Positions 10,040 through 20,510 of a stretch of DNA of 64,000 bases are shown here, in pieces (the stretch's first letter is position 1; every line of letters starts with the position of its first letter). The position numbers and the translations under genes are program-made. The notes below the pieces were generated by a model that saw only the letters and a list, made by a program, of their open reading frames with translations, had not been told where the DNA came from and searched no databases. The stretch is from Verrucomicrobiota bacterium (GTDB taxonomy: Bacteria; Verrucomicrobiota; Verrucomicrobiia; Limisphaerales; UBA8199), in NCBI GenBank assembly GCA_003176045.1, contig PSRM01000234.1, positions 223 to 64,222 of the forward strand. The letters run 5' to 3'.

Positions 10040-13000
10040 ATGCCCAGGCCGAAGGCACAAGCTACCACGCTCGTAAAGGACCCGCTTTGGTACAAAGATG
10101 CCATAGTGTACGAGGTCCACGTGCGCGGGTTCCTGGATAGTAACGGCGATGGGATCGGCGACCTTCCTGGGCTGGCGCAGAAGCTGGATTACCTGCAAGA
10201 CCTCGGCGTGACGGCCATCTGGTTGCTGCCATTTTATCCGTCGCCGCTCAAGGATGACGGCTATGACATCGCCGATTATTACTCGATCAATCCGATTTAC
10301 GGGACCTTGAAAGACTTCAAGGCCTTACTGAACGAGGCGCATCGGAGGAATCTGCGCGTCATTACCGAATTGGTCGTGAACCATACCTCCGATCAGCATC
10401 CCTGGTTTCAGCGCTCCCGCCGGGCGGCGCCGGGCAGTACCTGGCGCGATTTCTATGTGTGGAGCGAGCGGCCAGATAAATACAAGGAAGCGCGGATTAT
10501 CTTCCGCGATTTCGAGCCGTCCAACTGGACATGGGATCCCGTGGCGCAGGCTTACTTCTGGCACCGCTTCTATGCGCATCAGCCGGATCTCAACTATGAC
10601 AATCCCCAGGTCCACAAAGAGATCGGGCGGGCGCTCGATTTCTGGCTGGACCTGGGCGTGGACGGCTTGAGGCTCGACGCCGTGCCGTATCTGTATGAAC
10701 GGGAAGGAACCTCGTGCGAAAATCTGCCCGAGACCCATCAGTATCTGAAAAAGCTGCGGCAACATGTTGACGAAAAATATGGGGACCGCATGTTGCTGGC
10801 CGAAGCCAACCAATGGCCCGAAGAAGCGGTCACCTATTTCGGCTCCGGAAAAGGTGATGAGTGCCACGTCGCCTTCCACTTTCCTCTGATGCCCCGAATT
10901 TTTATGGCCGTGCGGATGGAGGACCGGGTGCCGATTGTGGACATTCTCGAGCAGACCCCCCCGATTCCGGAAACAAGCCAATGGGCGCTGTTCCTTCGCA
11001 ATCACGACGAACTGACCCTTGAGATGGTCACGGATGAAGAGCGGGATTACATGTACCGCGTCTATGCCAATGACGCCCGGGCCCGGCTGAACCTGGGAAT
11101 ACGCCGCCGCCTGGCCCCGCTGCTGGGCAATAACCGGCGTCGAATCGAGCTGTTGTACATGTTGTTGCTCTCGTTGCCCGGCACTCCCGTGCTCTACTAC
11201 GGCGATGAAATAGGCATGGGCGATAATGTTTTCCTGGGTGACCGCAACGGAGTGCGCACTCCGATGCAGTGGAGTTCGGATAAAAACGCCGGCTTCTCCC
11301 GCGCCAGCCCGCAGGCGCTCTATTTTCCCATCATTCTCGATCCCGAATATCATTACGAAGCGGTGAACGTCGAGGCCCAGCAGCGCAATCCCAGCTCCTT
11401 GTTTTGGTGGCTAAAGCGGGCGCTGACCTTGCGCAAACGCATGCGGGCCTTCAGCCGCGGCTCGCTGGAATTTCTCCAGCCCGAAAACCGCAAGATCCTG
11501 GCCTTTATACGCCGATTGGAGAACGAAGCCGTGCTGGTGGTCGTCAACCTCTCGCGTTTCTCTCAGCCGGTGCGGTTGGATCTTTCGACCTGGAAACAGA
11601 CCACGCCGATCGAGCTTTTCGGCAGGACTGAATTCCCTCCCATTTCCAGCGAGCCCTATACTCTGGCCTTAAGTCCTCACGCCGTCTTTTGGTTTTCTCT
11701 TGAAGCAAAGGAGCGCGGGGAGCCTTCTTCTCCCGATGCCGTAAGTGCCATCCCTCCCCAGCCGCTGACCGTAATAGCGGATTGGACCGAACTCCTGAGC
11801 GAAGATGCTCATAGCGCACTTGAGACTCACCTGATCTCCTATTTAAAACGCAACCGTTTCGTCGAGAGAGGTCGAGAAATCAAATCCGCCCGCGTTCGCG
11901 ACGCGATCAACTTGTCAAAAGAGAAGCGCAACGGCCAGGAGAGGCTCTTTCTCCTGGTCCTGCAAGTCGAATATCAGGATGCCGACCCGCAGGATTTCTT
12001 CCTGGCGATTACCTTCGCCACCGGAGAGCAACGCGAAAGGTTGCTGCGGCAGGATGCGCACCGGGTAATCGCGAGCGCGCGCATTACGGATCGAAATATT
12101 GAAGGCATTCTCGTTGAAGCACTCGGCAGTGATTCGCTTTGCCAGCGCCTGGGCGACCTGCTGATGCGGCGGCGCTCAATCGGCGGCAGGGAGGGCGAGC
12201 TGCGAGCTTCTGGTGCTGCCGCGTTGCGCTCCGACAGAAATGGGAACGTGCCATTTTCTCCGAGCAGGCTGAAGACCGAATATGCCAATGGTTCGATTGT
12301 GCTAAACAATAAGTACTTCCTCAAACTTTTCCGGAGATTCGAAGCCGGGATCAATCCAGACCTGGAGGTCGGCCGATTTCTAACGGAACGAGCTTTCCCC
12401 AACATCACCCCGGTGGCCGGATGGCTCGAGTACCATCGCCATGGTGGCGAGCAGAGCACGGCCGGGATCCTCACAAATTTTCTGCCAAATGCGATCGAGG
12501 CCTGGGATTACACGCGCGACATGCTCAGCCGCTATTTCGATCGCGTCCGCAGCGCGCCGCCGGAAAGCCAACCCGACGCCTTGTCGGGCTGCTCACTGCT
12601 GGACCTCTCGGAGCGCGTTGGCGAATTCACAGTAGCGCAGGCGTCTCGACTGCCCCAAGAGGCGGTGATGCCGGCTATGGGGGCAGGCGAGACGCCTGCC
12701 CTACTCTCGATGATCGGCACCTACGTGGAACTTGCCCGGCTCCTCGGCCAGCGCACCGGCGAACTGCACCTGGCCCTGGCCGCGGAAGCCGCCGATCCAG
12801 CCTTCGCACCGGAGCCGTTCACGCCGTTCTATCAACGCGCGCGCTTTCAATCCATGCGGAACCTGGCGCTTCAGAACCTTGAGCTGTTGCGCCGTTCTCT
12901 CGGACAAGCGCCCGAGGCCGTGCGCCCGCTAGCGGAGAAGGTAGCTGCGCTCCAGCCCGAGATCATCAAACGGCTTCGCGCCCTCCATGCGGCCCCGATT

Positions 13001-13474
13001 TCCGCCAGGCGCATCCGGTGCCATGGCAACTTCCATCTGGGCGAGGTCCTCTACACGGGAAAAGATTTCGTGTTCATTGATTTCGAGGGAGAGCCGTCCA
13101 GGCCGCTGGGTGAGCGCCGGATCAAGCGATCTCCGGTGACTGATATCGTGCGCATGGTCCGCTCGTTCGATTACGTTGCCCACGCAGCTCTGCTCCAGCA
13201 ACTCGAACTGGGCACGCAGCATCCTGAACACCTGCATCAACTCGAACCATGGGCCAGGTTTTGGGCGCGTTGGGCTGGCGCAATCTATCTGCGAGCCTGC
13301 CTGGATACCCTGGCCAACTCCGACCTGTTGCCCGCAAACCAAGAGCAGCTTGCCATCCTGCTCGATACACATCTCCTGCAGAACCTCCTGCACGAAATCC
13401 GCTACGAACTGCTTAATAGGCCACAGTGGTTGAAGGTGCCGTTGGAGGCGATGCTCGGAATCCTCGGAGGGTAG
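10040..13474 (+). CDS. treS: trehalose synthase / maltokinase fusion protein
   Basis: 1144 aa. N-terminal GH13 motifs (GVDGLRLDAVPYL, LAEANQWPEE, FLRNHDELTLE) and a C-terminal kinase-like domain (CHGNFHLGEVLYTGKDFVFIDFEGEP). Confidence 0.9.
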   Translation: MPRPKAQATTLVKDPLWYKDAIVYEVHVRGFLDSNGDGIGDLPGLAQKLDYLQDLGVTAIWLLPFYPSPLKDDGYDIADYYSINPIYGTLKDFKALLNEAHRRNLRVITELVVNHTSDQHPWFQRSRRAAPGSTWRDFYVWSERPDKYKEARIIFRDFEPSNWTWDPVAQAYFWHRFYAHQPDLNYDNPQVHKEIGRALDFWLDLGVDGLRLDAVPYLYEREGTSCENLPETHQYLKKLRQHVDEKYGDRMLLAEANQWPEEAVTYFGSGKGDECHVAFHFPLMPRIFMAVRMEDRVPIVDILEQTPPIPETSQWALFLRNHDELTLEMVTDEERDYMYRVYANDARARLNLGIRRRLAPLLGNNRRRIELLYMLLLSLPGTPVLYYGDEIGMGDNVFLGDRNGVRTPMQWSSDKNAGFSRASPQALYFPIILDPEYHYEAVNVEAQQRNPSSLFWWLKRALTLRKRMRAFSRGSLEFLQPENRKILAFIRRLENEAVLVVVNLSRFSQPVRLDLSTWKQTTPIELFGRTEFPPISSEPYTLALSPHAVFWFSLEAKERGEPSSPDAVSAIPPQPLTVIADWTELLSEDAHSALETHLISYLKRNRFVERGREIKSARVRDAINLSKEKRNGQERLFLLVLQVEYQDADPQDFFLAITFATGEQRERLLRQDAHRVIASARITDRNIEGILVEALGSDSLCQRLGDLLMRRRSIGGREGELRASGAAALRSDRNGNVPFSPSRLKTEYANGSIVLNNKYFLKLFRRFEAGINPDLEVGRFLTERAFPNITPVAGWLEYHRHGGEQSTAGILTNFLPNAIEAWDYTRDMLSRYFDRVRSAPPESQPDALSGCSLLDLSERVGEFTVAQASRLPQEAVMPAMGAGETPALLSMIGTYVELARLLGQRTGELHLALAAEAADPAFAPEPFTPFYQRARFQSMRNLALQNLELLRRSLGQAPEAVRPLAEKVAALQPEIIKRLRALHAAPISARRIRCHGNFHLGEVLYTGKDFVFIDFEGEPSRPLGERRIKRSPVTDIVRMVRSFDYVAHAALLQQLELGTQHPEHLHQLEPWARFWARWAGAIYLRACLDTLANSDLLPANQEQLAILLDTHLLQNLLHEIRYELLNRPQWLKVPLEAMLGILGG

Positions 13475-13539
13475 GCTTAGGCTTTCTGGCGAGATCGGCG
13501 TTTGATCCGATAAGGAGTCGGCTCTTCTCTTCTTTCCGC

Positions 13540-13765
13540 GGCCAAACTTTAACATCGCAATTTGCGATCTTAAAGCCAGCAGGCTCTGCCATTCCTCGCT
13601 GGACAGCCTGAACATGAAATCTGGAGGAAAGCGATCCGCATTCCGTTTTACCGCCTCATTAAAGCGAAAGGTAGGCACACCATAGACACGAGCAAGATCA
13701 GAATCGAGGATCACCCGCGTATTCCGCAGCGTGACGATACAGCGGTCAAGGTCGGGCTGGCCATT
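13540..13765 (-). pseudogene. ORF6N (KilA-N-like) domain gene remnant
   Basis: The open frame with no ATG reads CIVTLRNTRVILDSDLARVYGVPTFRFNEAVKRNADRFPPDFMFRLSSEEWQSLLALRSQIA, then loses similarity and runs antisense into treS. Confidence 0.5.
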
Positions 13766-13768
13766 TTA

Positions 13769-15067
13769 TTACTTAAGCCAGGGCGCCACCTGTTCTCCAC
13801 TCCAAATCTCTTCGGTCGCCTGCCGTTCGCGCACCAGCGCCGCCTTACGGCCGCTGACCAAAACCTCCGCGGCCATCGGTCGCGTGTTATAGTTCGAGGC
13901 CATCGCGAAACCGTATGCGCCCGCGCTCAGCAGGGCCAGCGCATCACCGGCACACAGCCTGGGCAGTGGACGGTCGTGACAGAAGAAATCGCCGGATTCA
14001 CATATCGGCCCTACGACATCCGTTTTCACAAGCAAACCATTGCGCCGTACCAAAGGCACGATCTCGTGGTAGGCATCGTAAAAGGCGGGGCGGATGAGGT
14101 CATTCATCGCTCCATCCACAATCAGGAAATGCTTTTTGCCAGTGCGTTTCACATACTCGACGCGTGTCACCAGGACGCCGGCGTTGCCGGAAATAAAACG
14201 GCCCGGCTCCATCAGCACTCGCAAGCCAAGGGGTTTCAGCAGCGGGAGCAGTTTGTCGGCATACTTTTGCGGCGTGAGAATATTCTTTGCCGCCGCAGAT
14301 TTCCACCATTCAGGTGAGCCACTTTCCAGAGCCGGCTCGTACACGATGCCCAACCCTCCGCCGATGCTGAAAAACTCCAGGCCATGCCGCGCTTTCAATC
14401 GGGCCACCAGCGGCAGCGTTTTGCGCACCGCCTGCTCGAAAGGTTGCACCTGCGTGATCTGTGAACCGATGTGCATTTGGACCCCACGCAGATGAAGGTT
14501 CCGCATCCGCGCCGCCCGCGCATACACGGCTTCCACCTGCTCGAAGGCAACGCCGAATTTATTCTCGTAAGTGCCCGTGGTGATCTTTTTATGCGTGTGC
14601 GCTTCCACGTCCGGGTTGACGCGCACGGCCACAGGCGCGGTCTTTTTCAGGCGCGCGGCGATGCGGTTGATGCGTTCCAGCTCCGGCTCGCTTTCCGCAT
14701 TGAACGTATAAACCCCTTTCCTCAGGGCGAACTCGATTTCCCCCTCAGTTTTGCCCACCCCGGCAAACGCGCACTTGCCCGGTTCGCCGCCGGCCTGGAT
14801 CACCCGCTGCAACTCGCCGCCGCTGACGATATCGAACCCGCTTCCAAGCTGCGCCAGCACGCGCAAAACCGAGAGGTTTGAGTTCGATTTAACGGCAAAG
14901 CAAACAAGATGGTCCACGCCCGCCATCGCCCTATCCAGGCTCAGGAAATGCCGCGCGAGCGTGCGTTGCGAATAAACATAAAGAGGTGTCCCGAACTTCT
15001 TTGCAAGCGATTCAACCGAAACGTCTTCGCAGAAGAGCTTTTTGCCAACGTAATGAAAATCGTGCAT
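13769..15067 (-). CDS. lysA: diaminopimelate decarboxylase
   Basis: 432 aa with the PLP-lysine motif FAVKSNSN and a typical Orn/DAP/Arg decarboxylase fold sequence. Confidence 0.9.
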   Translation of the reverse strand: MHDFHYVGKKLFCEDVSVESLAKKFGTPLYVYSQRTLARHFLSLDRAMAGVDHLVCFAVKSNSNLSVLRVLAQLGSGFDIVSGGELQRVIQAGGEPGKCAFAGVGKTEGEIEFALRKGVYTFNAESEPELERINRIAARLKKTAPVAVRVNPDVEAHTHKKITTGTYENKFGVAFEQVEAVYARAARMRNLHLRGVQMHIGSQITQVQPFEQAVRKTLPLVARLKARHGLEFFSIGGGLGIVYEPALESGSPEWWKSAAAKNILTPQKYADKLLPLLKPLGLRVLMEPGRFISGNAGVLVTRVEYVKRTGKKHFLIVDGAMNDLIRPAFYDAYHEIVPLVRRNGLLVKTDVVGPICESGDFFCHDRPLPRLCAGDALALLSAGAYGFAMASNYNTRPMAAEVLVSGRKAALVRERQATEEIWSGEQVAPWLK

Positions 15068-15073
15068 AGAAAA

Positions 15074-15208
15074 ATGGAATGTTGGAAAGTTGGAATAAAG
15101 GAATTGTGAATAGTGGAATTGTGGAATACTGCAGCCCGCCAGAGGGCGCTGCGAGCTATGGAATACTCCAGTATTCCATCATTCCATTATTCCACCATTC
15201 CATCCCCC
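15074..15208. repeat. palindromic short-word array (GGAAT / ATTCC words)
   Basis: Left arm ggaatgttggaaagttggaataaaggaattgtgaatagtggaattgtggaatactgcag; right arm ctccagtattccatcattccattattccaccattccatcc. Confidence 0.85.
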
Positions 15209-15215
15209 AGTCCGG

Positions 15216-16403
15216 CTACTCGGCCAGTATTTTTGCCCGCTCCTGGTGGTATTGCTCGGGGGTGAGTTCGTCGGCCTTGTACTTGCGCAGGAGTTCGGAA
15301 AGCCGATGCTGCTTGTCTTGCGAGATCGGAAGAGCTGGCGCCTCGGGCCGCAAGCCTCCTTTGTAAGCTGGCGGCTGCTCCCTCCTGGGTTCCTCATTGA
15401 AATTTTGCACCGGCGGCGGAGTTTCATTCACCGGCTTGACAGAAGCCGTCTCGCGTTTCCGTTGAGCATCCGTCGGCTGTTTCGCTGCCAAGTCCGCTTT
15501 TCGCTTCTCTTCGGCCTGAACACGCGCCAATTCTTGTTCCGATTTACGCGCCTGCGCATCGGCTGCCGCGCGTTCCTGGTCGGCTTTCTTTCTCGCTGCG
15601 GCTTCAGCTTTTGCGGCCTGTTCTCTTTCCTTCCGCGCTTGGGCTTCCGCAGCGGCTTGCTGCTTCAATTCTGCCTTCGTCGGCTTTGCGGCAGAAGGAG
15701 CTGCGTTGGCCGGCGTCTGAAATTGAGGAGCGTTGCGAGTCTGCGGTGGTGCAACCGGTTCAACACTGCGCGCCGGCGCGGCAGGTGGTGTCGCAGCCAT
15801 TGAGGCTGGCGCTCCGGACATCTCACTCATTTTCTCACGCATCGCTTCACGCGCCTTGGCGATCGCCTCCGGGTCCGAACCCTGCACGGTGTTCAACTGG
15901 GGACTCGGCGCAGGCCGCGGCTGGCTGTAGCTTGAGGTCGTGGGCAGAGCCGAAGGGTGCGACGGCGGAGGCACTGCTTTGGCGGACGCAGGGGGTTCAG
16001 CGTGAGATGGCGGAGTGGCGACGGGAGGTGGCGGAACCGGCTGACCGGTCAGCTCTCCCATTTTTTCACGCATCGCCTGGCGCGCTTTGCTGATTGCTTC
16101 AGGGTCCGAAGCCGGCGTCGTGTCCGACAACGGAGTGGCAGCGGGTCGAGCCTGTGCCATCAGGGGCTCAGCAGAGGCATGTGAAGAACGAGATGCGCCA
16201 GCCGTGGAAGGCGCAGACAGTGCAGCCGGTGGCTTTGTGAAAGGCGAGCGCGCCGCAGGGTTTTGTTTTCTCTCCAATTCAGCGCGCGCCTGTGCCGCTG
16301 CATCCGGGCTCGAAGCGGGCTGAGTATCGTTATCTGCTGTGAAACCGGCCAGGGGAGTTAGCGCAATCGCGCAAGCCGCCAGCAGTGTCTTTGAAAGCTG
16401 CAT
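15216..16403 (-). CDS. Ala/Pro-rich secreted repeat protein
   Basis: Signal peptide (MQLSKTLLAACAIALTPLAG), an internal duplication (DPEAISKARQAMREKMGE / DPEAIAKAREAMREKMSE) and a charged coiled-coil segment. Confidence 0.6.
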   Translation of the reverse strand: MQLSKTLLAACAIALTPLAGFTADNDTQPASSPDAAAQARAELERKQNPAARSPFTKPPAALSAPSTAGASRSSHASAEPLMAQARPAATPLSDTTPASDPEAISKARQAMREKMGELTGQPVPPPPVATPPSHAEPPASAKAVPPPSHPSALPTTSSYSQPRPAPSPQLNTVQGSDPEAIAKAREAMREKMSEMSGAPASMAATPPAAPARSVEPVAPPQTRNAPQFQTPANAAPSAAKPTKAELKQQAAAEAQARKEREQAAKAEAAARKKADQERAAADAQARKSEQELARVQAEEKRKADLAAKQPTDAQRKRETASVKPVNETPPPVQNFNEEPRREQPPAYKGGLRPEAPALPISQDKQHRLSELLRKYKADELTPEQYHQERAKILAE

Positions 16404-16645
16404 ACAGGTATGGGATATGTACGAAAAATCAGGCCGAAGCGCAATAGATTTTGTCAGGGATGTCAGGAAGGACAGGACGGGACTACGAGATTGTGTTTTT
16501 GGCTCCCCGCCCCGTCTCCAACCATCGCCCTTCCAAGTCCCTCATGACAACATTCGCTATCGAGAGGTTCTCGCAACTATGTGTTGGATTTTTTCGCCCT
16601 TACAAGCTGGCTCTCGCCTCGCCGCCTCCTTTTTGAAGCTCCGGG

Positions 16646-17698
16646 CTATGGCTTCCTGCTCGGAGCGATGAGGGTACACCACAGCGCCTGCAAAGGATAA
16701 TAGAGGACCGACCGCGCAATCAGGCCCTTCACCCGACTGCGGCTGACTTTTATCGGTTTAGCGGCGCCCAGAACGTTTCCGTGTCTCAGGAGCTGAATTG
16801 TCTCCATCCCGATCAGAATGGGCCAGGCGCAGGCCAGGCGCACACGGACGCAGCGTGCTGGAAGCGTGTTGGTGTAGCGCCAGCCGGCGCGTAAGTGTTC
16901 CTCCGCACGGTCCATGTAATGGTTGAAAAGAGGGCGCAGGCGCGGTTCGGTATCGGGTTTTAAAAGGTCTTCGGGCAAAAGGTTCATGCCGGCCAGCGTT
17001 TCCGCGGGTAAATAGCAGCGTCCCTGGCGTAAGTCGCGGGCCAGGTCGCGCAGGATGTTCACCAGTTGCAGGCCCTTGCCGAAACGCACCGAGTCCTTGA
17101 GCAATCCCGAGTCATCGAGTCTGGCCCGCGGAAAGAGGTGCGCACGGCAGATTTTGGTCCAAAACTCGCCGACGCAACCTGCGACGCGGTAGGTATAGTC
17201 GTCCAGCTCCGCGTCTGTCTGGAGGGCGATGATGTGCTGAGGGGAGGCTTGCGCGAAGCGTCGCAAATCCAGTTCCTGGCCGCTCAGGATTATGGACAGG
17301 ACTTCTCGAACGAGTTGCGCGTCAGGCGGGGTGAGTTCGCGAAGGAAACCTACGGAGGTCTCACTTTGTTCGAGCAACAACTGCTCGGCGCCAGAGGGCT
17401 GGTTTTGAGCAAGTTCGGAAAGACTGGGCGAGGCGCCCGGCGAACTCGCAGGCGAGGACGCCTGCGCTACATTCGCGAAGCCAAGTATCCGTTGCCGAAA
17501 GGCCTCCAGTGCAGTCAGCCGTTGGTCGAGAGGCACGGCTTCGGTATCGGTGATGGTGTCGGAAGTGCGGGCCAGCAAATAGGCGAGGCCGATTTGAGGC
17601 CGGATTTTTGCAGGCAGGATGCGCAGAGTGAGGTAGAAAGAGCGCGAAACATCCCGCAGAACCGTGGTCAACAGCGCATGGGATGTAAGTTGGCTCAT
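16646..17698 (-). CDS. squalene/phytoene synthase family protein
   Basis: SRSFYLTLRILP...LLARTSDTITD and DDYTYRVAGCVG motifs typical of the SQS/PSY family. Confidence 0.8.
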   Translation of the reverse strand: MSQLTSHALLTTVLRDVSRSFYLTLRILPAKIRPQIGLAYLLARTSDTITDTEAVPLDQRLTALEAFRQRILGFANVAQASSPASSPGASPSLSELAQNQPSGAEQLLLEQSETSVGFLRELTPPDAQLVREVLSIILSGQELDLRRFAQASPQHIIALQTDAELDDYTYRVAGCVGEFWTKICRAHLFPRARLDDSGLLKDSVRFGKGLQLVNILRDLARDLRQGRCYLPAETLAGMNLLPEDLLKPDTEPRLRPLFNHYMDRAEEHLRAGWRYTNTLPARCVRVRLACAWPILIGMETIQLLRHGNVLGAAKPIKVSRSRVKGLIARSVLYYPLQALWCTLIAPSRKP

Positions 17699-17711
17699 TC
17701 AGTCGGACCGG

Positions 17712-19133
17712 TCAGACCGGTCTGACGCGAAATTTCTTGCCCCACCGCGCCAATTGTTTTTTCACCTCCCGGCTGCCCGGAGAGCCCGGGAGACGCCGGC
17801 GGGCCATGGCGGAATCCAAGTCGAAGATTTTCGCTGCATCCGTTGCGAATTTCTTCTCAATGCTTTGCAGCTCGGCGACCGTAAGTTGATTGAGCGGTTT
17901 GGCCAGTTTTTCAGCCAGGGCCACGGCTGCGCCGACGGCATGGTGCGCTTGCCTGAAAGGGACTCCTTTGCGCACCAGGTACTCGGCCAGATCGGTCGCC
18001 AGCAACAGCGGGTCCTGGGCTGCAGCGCGGCAGACTGCCCGGTTCACGGTGATGTTTTTCACCATGGCAGCCATGATCCGCACGGTGGTCCGCACGCTTT
18101 CAACCGTGTCGAAAAGCCGCTGCTTGTCTTCCTGCAGGTCGCGATTGTAAGTCAAAGGCAAACCCTTGAGCAGTGTCAGCAGCGCTACCAGATTGCCGAT
18201 GACCCGGGCCGACTTGCCGCGCGCCAGTTCGGCCACGTCCGGGTTCCGCTTCTGGGGCATGAGCGACGAGCCGGTGGTGTAGGCGTCGGCAATCCTGATG
18301 AAATTGAACTCGCTGCTGGCCCACAGCACAAGGTCTTCCGCCGTGCGGGAAATGTGTGTGGCCAGCAACGCCGCCACAGCGCAGAACTCGATGGCAAAAT
18401 CGCGGTCGCTCACCGCGTCCATCGAGTTTTGGGTCACCTGCGCTCGGCCGCGCCGATCCACGAACCCCAGCAGCCTGGCCACAAATTCGCGATCCAGCGG
18501 CAGAGTCGAGCCTGCCAGGGCCCCGCTACCAAGCGGGCACACGTTAATACGGACTCTGCACTCGGCCAGCCGCTGCTGGTCGCGTTCGAGCATTTCGACG
18601 TATGCCAGTAAATGATGCGCCAGGTAAACGGGCTGGCCGCGTTGCAAATGCGTGTACCCGGGAATTAAGGTCTCAATCTCCTTTTTTGCCAGAGACACGA
18701 AAGCGGCTTGCAAGGCCACAATTTCGCCCTCAAGCGCCCTCGTCTCCTCGCGCAGCCACAGCCGCAGGTCAAGCGCGACCTGGTCATTACGCGAGCGGCC
18801 CGTGTGCAACTTGGCTCCGGCCGGTGTGCGCCGCGTCAGCTCGGCCTCGATGTTCATGTGGACGTCTTCGAGGTCCTCACGCCAGCGGAACTTGCCGTCC
18901 TCTATATCGTGGACGATGGATCTCAGCCCTTTGAGGATCGCTCCCAATTCCGGTCTGGTGATCAACCCAACCTTCTGCAGCATGGCCGCATGGGCGATGG
19001 AACCCACAATATCCTGCCGCCACAACCGCCGATCGAACGAAATGGATTCGGTGAACCGGGCTACATCCGCTGCTGGCCCCGCTGCGAAGCGTCCGCTTCT
19101 GGAAACCACCAACGGCTTTTTAGTTTGTTTCAC
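17712..19133 (-). CDS. argH: argininosuccinate lyase
   Basis: 473 aa with the fumarate-lyase signature GSSLMPQKRNPD. Confidence 0.92.
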   Translation of the reverse strand: MKQTKKPLVVSRSGRFAAGPAADVARFTESISFDRRLWRQDIVGSIAHAAMLQKVGLITRPELGAILKGLRSIVHDIEDGKFRWREDLEDVHMNIEAELTRRTPAGAKLHTGRSRNDQVALDLRLWLREETRALEGEIVALQAAFVSLAKKEIETLIPGYTHLQRGQPVYLAHHLLAYVEMLERDQQRLAECRVRINVCPLGSGALAGSTLPLDREFVARLLGFVDRRGRAQVTQNSMDAVSDRDFAIEFCAVAALLATHISRTAEDLVLWASSEFNFIRIADAYTTGSSLMPQKRNPDVAELARGKSARVIGNLVALLTLLKGLPLTYNRDLQEDKQRLFDTVESVRTTVRIMAAMVKNITVNRAVCRAAAQDPLLLATDLAEYLVRKGVPFRQAHHAVGAAVALAEKLAKPLNQLTVAELQSIEKKFATDAAKIFDLDSAMARRRLPGSPGSREVKKQLARWGKKFRVRPV

Positions 19134-19138
19134 CTGAA

Positions 19139-19300
19139 AGATTCAACGCAAAGACGCAAACAAATAAACTTCGGCAAAGGTTTAACGCAAAGACGCAAAG
19201 AAAAGACAGGCTGACAGAAAAATTTAAGGACAGAAAAAATTTCCTGTCCAAAATCTTTCTGCCAGTCTCCCTCTCTGCGTCTTTGCGTCTTTGCGTTAAA
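19139..19300. repeat. palindromic short-word array (ACGCAAAG words, nested hairpins)
   Basis: aacgcaaagacgcaaag... pairs with ...ctgcgtctttgcgtctttgcgtt; inner hairpin ggacagaaaaaatttcctgtcc. Confidence 0.85.
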
Positions 19301-19321
19301 ATTCGATCCGGTCTCCCGGTC

Positions 19322-20494
19322 TCACGTCGGCCCGTAAAACTGCTGCACAATGTCCCGGAACTGATTGTCCCCAGCCTTGATAATACCCATCTCCCGGGCG
19401 GCGTTCTCTTCCGAATCGCTGGCATGGGCGGCGTTGACCATGATGGTTTGGCCGAATTCCCGCCGGATTGAGCCAGGAGGCGCTTTCGAGGGATCGGTCG
19501 GGCCCAGCACATCGCGGATTTTGCGGACCGCCTCGACCCCTTCATACACCAGGGCAATGCACTTTTCCGAGCCGGGCCGGTCCACTTCGCCCAGCGGACA
19601 TTCCGATGGGGCGCGGCCCGACATGAATCTGACGATGTTTTCGAATTGTTTGTCGCCGAGGGCAGGGCCGAGCATTTCGCCAAGCTGCCGCTCCTGATCC
19701 GGAGCGATCTTGAACCCAAGCTCTTTTTCGATGGCCGCCTTCGCCTTCGTCGCGACGACCTCTTTCATCTTTGCCCTGAGCATCTCACGAACCGGGCCGT
19801 AAAACTCGAGCGCTTGCCCAACGCTCATTCGCACCACCTGGACTCCCACGATGAAAAGGCCCGTCCTGGAAAAGAAATCTATCATGTTCCCGGGCCGGCC
19901 GGTAGGGAACCGGAAATTCTCGGGCTTGATCAGCACTAAGGTTCGCTGGGCCTTCTCGTCCGGGCCGTATGCAATCACGTTTTCCAGGATGCCGCCATCT
20001 GTGGCGGAATAACTGGCCCAAAGCTTGAGCTTGGATTCAGCTTCCTCGGACGTGGGCGCCGCCAGCACAGCCGGCTCGAAGTATTTCACCTGATCGTTAT
20101 CATCCAGGATCAGGTCGCCGTAGGTATCGCGTATGGTTTGGCCGCCTCGGCGATCAGCGCTGATATTTCCCACCACAGACCGCGTGCGCCTGACTGCGTC
20201 TTCCCCCTGCAACAACAGCATCATCACCCGGCGGCGCCTGCCCGTTTTCGGGTCCGGCGCGAGATTTTGCAGAATGTAATTGTAAATCAGTTCCTGAATG
20301 TGCCGGTCCTGCGGGTCATCGGCTGAAATGGTCGCGTCCGAATATTTTTTCACCAACTCGGCGCTAGGCGCGAACATGCGCGCGCCCACCATATCAAGCC
20401 CCGTCCGCGCAATCAGCCGGCTCAGGATGCCGCCAGTACGGGATTTGTGCAGGGAATAGGGTGTAATTATGACGTATGCAAGTTGTTGGGCCAT
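19322..20494 (-). CDS. tandem nucleoside-diphosphate-kinase-like domain protein
   Basis: Start taken at MAQQLAYVIITPY (ATG 20494). The second domain keeps the NAAHASDS catalytic-His motif; the first domain appears to lack it. Confidence 0.75.
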   Translation of the reverse strand: MAQQLAYVIITPYSLHKSRTGGILSRLIARTGLDMVGARMFAPSAELVKKYSDATISADDPQDRHIQELIYNYILQNLAPDPKTGRRRRVMMLLLQGEDAVRRTRSVVGNISADRRGGQTIRDTYGDLILDDNDQVKYFEPAVLAAPTSEEAESKLKLWASYSATDGGILENVIAYGPDEKAQRTLVLIKPENFRFPTGRPGNMIDFFSRTGLFIVGVQVVRMSVGQALEFYGPVREMLRAKMKEVVATKAKAAIEKELGFKIAPDQERQLGEMLGPALGDKQFENIVRFMSGRAPSECPLGEVDRPGSEKCIALVYEGVEAVRKIRDVLGPTDPSKAPPGSIRREFGQTIMVNAAHASDSEENAAREMGIIKAGDNQFRDIVQQFYGPT

Positions 20495-20510
20495 AGTCTC
20501 TCTTCTGAGA

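Noticed and set aside
10325-11353. 342-aa minus-strand ORF inside treS
   Set aside because: It is antisense to a gene with unmistakable GH13 motifs, has skewed composition (R/G/P/H-rich), and has no recognisable family.
12929-13714. 261-aa minus-strand ORF
   Set aside because: Most of it runs antisense through the well-supported treS-maltokinase gene. Only its first 65 residues or so (the ORF6N remnant in the intergenic gap) look real. GC-rich DNA gives long spurious antisense frames.
17664-18611. 315-aa plus-strand ORF overlapping argH
   Set aside because: It is antisense to argininosuccinate lyase, which carries the exact fumarate-lyase signature.
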